DNA of 64,000 nucleotides from an uncultured Gammaproteobacteria bacterium (GTDB lineage Bacteria; Pseudomonadota; Gammaproteobacteria; JAIEPX01): NCBI GenBank assembly GCA_964567285.1, contig CAZMLO010000006.1, positions 73,303 to 137,302 of the forward strand, read 5' to 3'. Shown piece by piece: positions 59,805 to 64,000 of this stretch (position 1 is its first letter; each line of letters starts with the position of its first letter). The notes under the pieces were generated by a model. It saw only the letters and a program-made list of their open reading frames with translations, ran no database searches and was not told where the DNA came from. The position numbers and the translations under genes were made by a program.

Positions 59805-59859
59805 GGCGAAATCTTAGCATAGATGCCTAAGGACAGCAAGCATCTAAGAGCCTTTCGCC
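59805..59859 (-). promoter_or_regulatory. extended imperfect hairpin in the rpmI leader (candidate L20 operator or independent-promoter leader)
   Basis: Nested pairings ggcgaaa/tttcgcc, tcttag/ctaaga and agatgc/gcatct, located 35-90 nt upstream of the rpmI start. Confidence 0.3.
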
Positions 59860-60015
59860 ACCTCCCTCCCTGCAGGCGTGAAATGGGACTATTAGTCAGT
59901 TACCCCCAGTGGCGTCAGCTATGCGGGATACTAGGTTTTCATAGGTAAAATTACGAATTAAATCTAAGTGGAAAGTAGTAGTATTATTGCTAATTTTCTG
60001 AGAAAAGGTATAACG

Positions 60016-61212
60016 ATGAAAGAAAACAATGAGGACAAGGCGGGTTGGACATGGGGGCACATTGGAGGGGTATTTGGCGGCACTTTCCAAGTAGCAGTAG
60101 GTGGTACTCTCATACTTTGTACCGGTGGGATTGCCGGACCTTTTGGACAAGCATTGATCAGCTCTGGTTTCACAGGTGTTCACTATAGTCTGACTGCCGA
60201 AAATTTCGATGCGTGTGAATATGGAGGTAAGTGTGCAACCAGTGCTGCCACTTCTCTTGTATTTTGTGGGGTCGGGGCTGCTATTAGCCAAGTCGCTCAG
60301 TCAGCTGAGATTGGCGCTACCGTGGTTAATGTCATCAATAAAAATCCCACCACAGCAAAATTACTGACTGAATCACACAAAATTGTTGAAGGAAGTCAGT
60401 ATATTCAAATGGCTGGCAAAGGCGCCTCAATTGCTTTTGAGGGTGCCACACAAGCGGTAGAATATGAAGTAGCTTCCGGATTAGTTGAAAGTGCCAAAGA
60501 AAAGGACCTTAGGTGCAAAAGATTGCGTGAAAAAATGAATGTTGCCAATGTAGGTACAGCAGCGGCCTATGGATCAGCCGGTAGCCTTATCAGTTCTGGT
60601 ATTGGTCATTTCCAAGGTAAAAAACCAAAGACCGCGGGGACAGGAGATCTGCGTAGTGCCACCCAAGGCAGTTTACGAGCAAAAGATTTGGTCTATAAGT
60701 TGAAAGGGAAAGTCGGTAAACAAGTGTTGAAAGATCTTGGCAAGGGAATTGACGCCGCACTCGCATCTATGACAACCGAAATTATTATAACCGCCTCCAC
60801 TGGATATGTTACGAACGGAAATAAGCTACCCTCCGGAACACAGCTATTCATATCGGGAACACGCGGTGCTGTGGGTGGTGGAATTGGCTCACGCTCCTAC
60901 CATCAATATAAACAATATTACCTTTCTGTAGTAAAACAAAAAGCCTATCTCAAAACAGTTATTGCAAAATTAAACGAAATCAATGCAACCGAGTCACCTG
61001 AATTCAATGCGTTACTTAAAAGTACCCTGCAAAAAAAAGCTGAAGCGAAAAAAGAGATTAAAGCTATGGAACCAGGACTGGGATTAACAAAAGATAAAAT
61101 TGAAACGTATAAAAAGAAACAACAAAGAGCTGCAACTGAATCAGCTGAAAAAGAACTTGAAGAACTTGAGAGATTTTTAGGTTCAACTTCAAGACCACAA
61201 GCGACATTCTAA
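60016..61212 (+). CDS. hypothetical protein: Gly-rich hydrophobic N-terminal region + Lys/Glu-rich coiled-coil C-terminus
   Basis: GHIGGVFGGTFQVAVGGTLILCTGGIAGPFGQALISSGF, then ...KKAEAKKEIKAMEP...KKKQQRAATESAEKELEELERF. ATG at 60016 preferred; the ORF-track start is 59968. Confidence 0.55.
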   Translation: MKENNEDKAGWTWGHIGGVFGGTFQVAVGGTLILCTGGIAGPFGQALISSGFTGVHYSLTAENFDACEYGGKCATSAATSLVFCGVGAAISQVAQSAEIGATVVNVINKNPTTAKLLTESHKIVEGSQYIQMAGKGASIAFEGATQAVEYEVASGLVESAKEKDLRCKRLREKMNVANVGTAAAYGSAGSLISSGIGHFQGKKPKTAGTGDLRSATQGSLRAKDLVYKLKGKVGKQVLKDLGKGIDAALASMTTEIIITASTGYVTNGNKLPSGTQLFISGTRGAVGGGIGSRSYHQYKQYYLSVVKQKAYLKTVIAKLNEINATESPEFNALLKSTLQKKAEAKKEIKAMEPGLGLTKDKIETYKKKQQRAATESAEKELEELERFLGSTSRPQATF

Positions 61213-61247
61213 GAGGCAGGTGCTAGGTTTCCTGTTGACTATGGAGA

Positions 61248-61362
61248 GTGTCAGACCTCCCGTTGACCATAAAAGGGCAAGTCAACGAGAGCCCTGACAC
61301 CTTCCAGACATAGTCAACGGGAGGCCTGACACGTTCCATATGGTCAACGGGAGACCTGACAC
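61248..61362. repeat. array of four copies of a ~20-nt core (one inverted + three direct, period ~30-32 bp)
   Basis: Reverse complement of 61248-61267 is gtcaacgggaggtctgacac. 61281-61300 is gtcaacgagagccctgacac. 61313-61332 is gtcaacgggaggcctgacac. 61343-61362 is gtcaacgggagacctgacac. Confidence 0.8.
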
Positions 61363-61379
61363 CTTGCACTCTCAATGCA

Positions 61380-61408
61380 GTCATCGCGAGCGAAGCGTGG
61401 CGATCCAG
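61380..61408 (+). repeat. 29-nt REP-like repeat copy (forward)
   Basis: gtcatcgcgagcgaagcgtggcgatccag, identical to 5667-5695. Confidence 0.85.
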
Positions 61409-61482
61409 AAGTAATAAATAGCCGATTGCTTTTAGACACTCACTAAGCCAAAATTGATGGTTGATACTGGAGAGAAAACCTG

Positions 61483-62322
61483 ATGAATTACAGGCATTTT
61501 TACCACGTGGGCAGCTTCGCTGATACCTTCAAGCATAGCATTTTAATGGCTGTGATTGATTTTTTAAAACAGAAAAACAAGCCTTTCTGTTACATTGATA
61601 CCCATGCTGGGATTGGGAACTATGATCTCAGGCGTGAAGAGACACAACGTTCCAAAGAATATCAGGACGGGATCGAGAAATTATTGCAGGCCAAGAATCC
61701 ACACCCTGAGCTACTGCCCTATATTGAACTGATCCGCGCTTACCAACATCAGGGCGATCTACATTGCTATCCAGGCTCTCCTGTGCTCGTCAAACAACTC
61801 TTACGATCTGATGATCAAATGATTGTGAATGAATATCATCCCGCTGATTACCACACCCTAAAACTGACCCTCGGCAAAAACCCTAATATTCATTGCCATC
61901 ATCGAGACGCCTATGAATTCTTACCCGCCATTTTACCGCCCTCACCTGCCCGAGGTTGCATTTTGATTGACCCACCTTTTGAACGAAAAGACGAATTTGA
62001 TGCGATACTAAATTGTTTGAGAAAAAGCATCTCTCGGTTTGCGAAGGGCGTTTTTATGATCTGGTATCCGATTGTATCATTGCAACATCGGTCTTTTACG
62101 CGTCAAATTCTACGTGAAAAATTTGGGCCTACCCTTATCTCTGAACTGACAACAACAGCCATTCCAGAAACAAAATCAGGGATGATCGGTTGTGGCATGG
62201 TGATCATCAATCCACCTTATCGTTCTGAAAAAATTATTGCAGGCATTACTGAATATCTAGCTCAGCTTTTCAAAAAGGATGAGAGCGGCTACTCGCGAAC
62301 TGAATTAGCGCAGACAGACTGA
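61483..62322 (+). CDS. rlmJ: 23S rRNA (adenine2030-N6)-methyltransferase RlmJ
   Basis: MNYRHFYHVGSFADTFKH (E. coli RlmJ starts LSYRHSFHAGNHADVLKH), YPGSP and the IDPPFE catalytic motif. Confidence 0.88.
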   Translation: MNYRHFYHVGSFADTFKHSILMAVIDFLKQKNKPFCYIDTHAGIGNYDLRREETQRSKEYQDGIEKLLQAKNPHPELLPYIELIRAYQHQGDLHCYPGSPVLVKQLLRSDDQMIVNEYHPADYHTLKLTLGKNPNIHCHHRDAYEFLPAILPPSPARGCILIDPPFERKDEFDAILNCLRKSISRFAKGVFMIWYPIVSLQHRSFTRQILREKFGPTLISELTTTAIPETKSGMIGCGMVIINPPYRSEKIIAGITEYLAQLFKKDESGYSRTELAQTD

Positions 62323-62358
62323 CTGCCTAAAACTATTTTACAACGTTTCACAAACATC

Positions 62359-62387
62359 CTGGATCGCCACGCTGCGCTCGCGATGAC
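62359..62387 (-). repeat. 29-nt REP-like repeat copy (reverse)
   Basis: ctggatcgccacgctgcgctcgcgatgac is the reverse complement of the 61380 copy with one mismatch. Confidence 0.85.
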
Positions 62388-62399
62388 GGTTGGGGTAGA

Positions 62400-62930
62400 T
62401 CAAGGCCCTCTGCGGGGCGAAACGACCATCGTAATTTGCTTACCTTCTGATTTCGGTGTGCTATCAATTGAAGCATATTCCATCAAATCTTTTTCGATTC
62501 GACGCAGCAAATCTAAGCCCAATTCATGGTGCATGATTTCCCGCCCTTTGAAACGGACGGTAATTTTAACTTTGCAGCCATCATCTAAAAACTCATTAAT
62601 TTTTCGAAGTTTGATTTTATAATCGCCAATGTCAGTAGCGGGCCGAAATTTAATTTCTTTGAGTTGCTGCTGTTTTGTTTTTTTCTTTTGTAGCGCCTGC
62701 TTTTTATTGATCTCAAATAAGTACTTGCCATAGTCCATAATTCGACAAACAGGTGGATCAGCATTAGGAGCGATTTCAACCAAATCTAAACCAGCATCTT
62801 GTGCTTTGATTTGGGCTTCACGGGTGGGAACAATGCCTACGGCCTCACCATCGACATCAATTAAGCGAATTGATTTAGCATCAATTTCATCATTGATCCT
62901 GGCTTGCTTTTTATCTGTCTGAACGCTAAT
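62400..62930 (-). CDS. infC: translation initiation factor IF-3 (ATT start codon)
   Basis: The in-frame extension upstream of ORF 62400..62783 reads (I)SVQTDKKQARINDEIDAKSIRLIDVDGEAVGIV...EIAPNADPPVCRIMDYGK. ATT at 62930-62928 has a GAGGAG SD 8 nt upstream. An AUU start is the known infC autoregulatory feature. Confidence 0.9.
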   Translation of the reverse strand: MSVQTDKKQARINDEIDAKSIRLIDVDGEAVGIVPTREAQIKAQDAGLDLVEIAPNADPPVCRIMDYGKYLFEINKKQALQKKKTKQQQLKEIKFRPATDIGDYKIKLRKINEFLDDGCKVKITVRFKGREIMHHELGLDLLRRIEKDLMEYASIDSTPKSEGKQITMVVSPRRGP

Positions 62931-62954
62931 GGGTTTATCTCCTCTGTGGATTAA

Positions 62955-64000
62955 CTATTGACTCAAAAGTTGAGCGAAAGCTGAAGTTGACATCGAGCCT
63001 AAATCCTCACCGGATTGCGTGCGAACTGCAACTTCAGCAGCCGCTTTTTCTCGATCTCCAATAACAACTAAATATGGAACACGCTGTATGGTGTGTTCTC
63101 GAATTTTAAAGCCAACTTTTTCGTTTCTCAAATCAGTAATAACTCTTAAACCTTGCTGTTTAAGTGTAGCAGCTGTTTCTAAAACAGCATCGCGTTGGCT
63201 CTCGGTAATATTCATAATGACTGCTTGAACAGGCGCTAACCAGGTCGGAAATTGACCGGCATAATGCTCGATCAAAATACCTAAAAAGCGCTCCATAGAA
63301 CCCAACATGGCTCGGTGTAACATCACGGGCGTTTGCTTAGAACCATCTTCAGCAATATACCGAGCATCCAAACGACCCGGCATTGAAAAATCGACTTGCA
63401 TGGTGCCGCATTGCCAAACACGACCAATACAGTCTTTCAATGAAAATTCAATTTTAGGCCCGTAGAATGCACCTTCGCCTGGGTTAAGTTCCCATTGAAT
63501 ACCTTTATTATTTAAAGCGTGTTCTAAGGCATTTTCTGCTTTATCCCAAAGCGATTCATCGCCAATGCGATTTTCAGGTCGGGTTGAGAGCTTCATTAAA
63601 ACATCGGTAAAACCAAAGTCTGCGTAGATTTTTAACAGTTGATCGATAAAAGCCGAGACTTCGGATTGAATTTGATCTTCGGTACAAAAAATATGCGCAT
63701 CGTCTTGTACAAAATTTCGCAGTCGCATTAAACCATGCAAAGTTCCTGAAGGTTCGTTTCGATGGCAAGAACCAAATTCAGCTAAACGCAACGGTAGATC
63801 ACGGTAACTTTTAATGCCTTGATTGAAAACTTGAATATGACAAGGACAATTCATAGGCTTGATTGCGTAGGTGTGGGGATCTGCTTCTACCAAAAACATG
63901 TCCTTCGAGAACATCGCCAAATGCCCCGATTTTTCCCACAATTTGCAGTCTACTAATTGGGGCGTACGAATTTCTTGGTAGCCATTATCTTGAAAATAGC
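62955..64000 (-). CDS. thrS: threonyl-tRNA synthetase, 5'-partial (N-terminus beyond window)
   Basis: The frame is open to nt 64000 (..[21 protein letters not shown]..). Class II motifs and the C-terminal anticodon-binding domain are present. Confidence 0.95.
   Translation of the reverse strand, partial: YFQDNGYQEIRTPQLVDCKLWEKSGHLAMFSKDMFLVEADPHTYAIKPMNCPCHIQVFNQGIKSYRDLPLRLAEFGSCHRNEPSGTLHGLMRLRNFVQDDAHIFCTEDQIQSEVSAFIDQLLKIYADFGFTDVLMKLSTRPENRIGDESLWDKAENALEHALNNKGIQWELNPGEGAFYGPKIEFSLKDCIGRVWQCGTMQVDFSMPGRLDARYIAEDGSKQTPVMLHRAMLGSMERFLGILIEHYAGQFPTWLAPVQAVIMNITESQRDAVLETAATLKQQGLRVITDLRNEKVGFKIREHTIQRVPYLVVIGDREKAAAEVAVRTQSGEDLGSMSTSAFAQLLSQ

Noticed and set aside
59896-60291. 131-aa minus-strand ORF overlapping the start of the 60016..61212 gene
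   Set aside because: It is shorter, has no SD and no motifs. It lies antisense to a Gly-rich region that naturally leaves the opposite frame open. The longer plus-strand ORF is preferred, though neither is verified.
61248-61362. Possible mini-CRISPR array (regularly spaced repeats)
   Set aside because: The repeat core is only ~20 nt, the 'spacers' are 10-12 nt and are themselves similar to each other, one unit is inverted, there are only four units, and no cas genes are present. It is better described as a ~30-bp tandem repeat.

Overview
Gammaproteobacterial chromosome segment made mostly of conserved housekeeping clusters. On the minus strand these are rpsB-tsf-pyrH-frr-uppS-cdsA-dxr / bamA-skp-lpxD-fabZ-lpxA, rpmF-plsX-fabD-fabG-acpP-fabF-mltG-tmk-holB-tatD, and thrS-infC / rpmI-rplT-pheS-pheT-ihfA. 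Also present are acnA, dnaE, rnhB, lpxB, map, metNIQ, rluC/rne, kdsB and tRNA-Pro(GGG). Small accessory islets that look AT-richer by eye interrupt these clusters. Several islets encode eukaryote-like proteins: F-box+ankyrin, TPR+ankyrin, and an OTU-type cysteine-protease signature with a membrane anchor. There is also an orphan IcmL/DotI-like protein. Together these suggest, by inference only, an intracellular Legionellales-like organism with a Dot/Icm type IVB system. The most unusual locus is a tightly packed three-gene minus-strand operon (12950-17215) sitting between lpxA and an inverted lpxB. It encodes an 82-aa peptide whose C-terminus has four consecutive aromatic-X-X triplets, a radical-SAM/SPASM enzyme, and a 946-aa NB-ARC-like STAND NTPase with a TPR array and an unassigned N-terminal domain. 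This matches the Fxs/triceptide-type RiPP architecture, but a STAND-based defence module is an equally open reading. A RelE/HigB-like toxin-antitoxin pair lies nearby. The window also carries a dispersed 29-nt REP-like repeat (4 copies, one pair bracketing rlmJ), a ~30-bp tandem array, and a 35-bp perfect inverted repeat that includes the dxr stop codon, located where rseP would be expected. All calls rest on motif recognition by eye; no database search, GC calculation or RNA folding was run.
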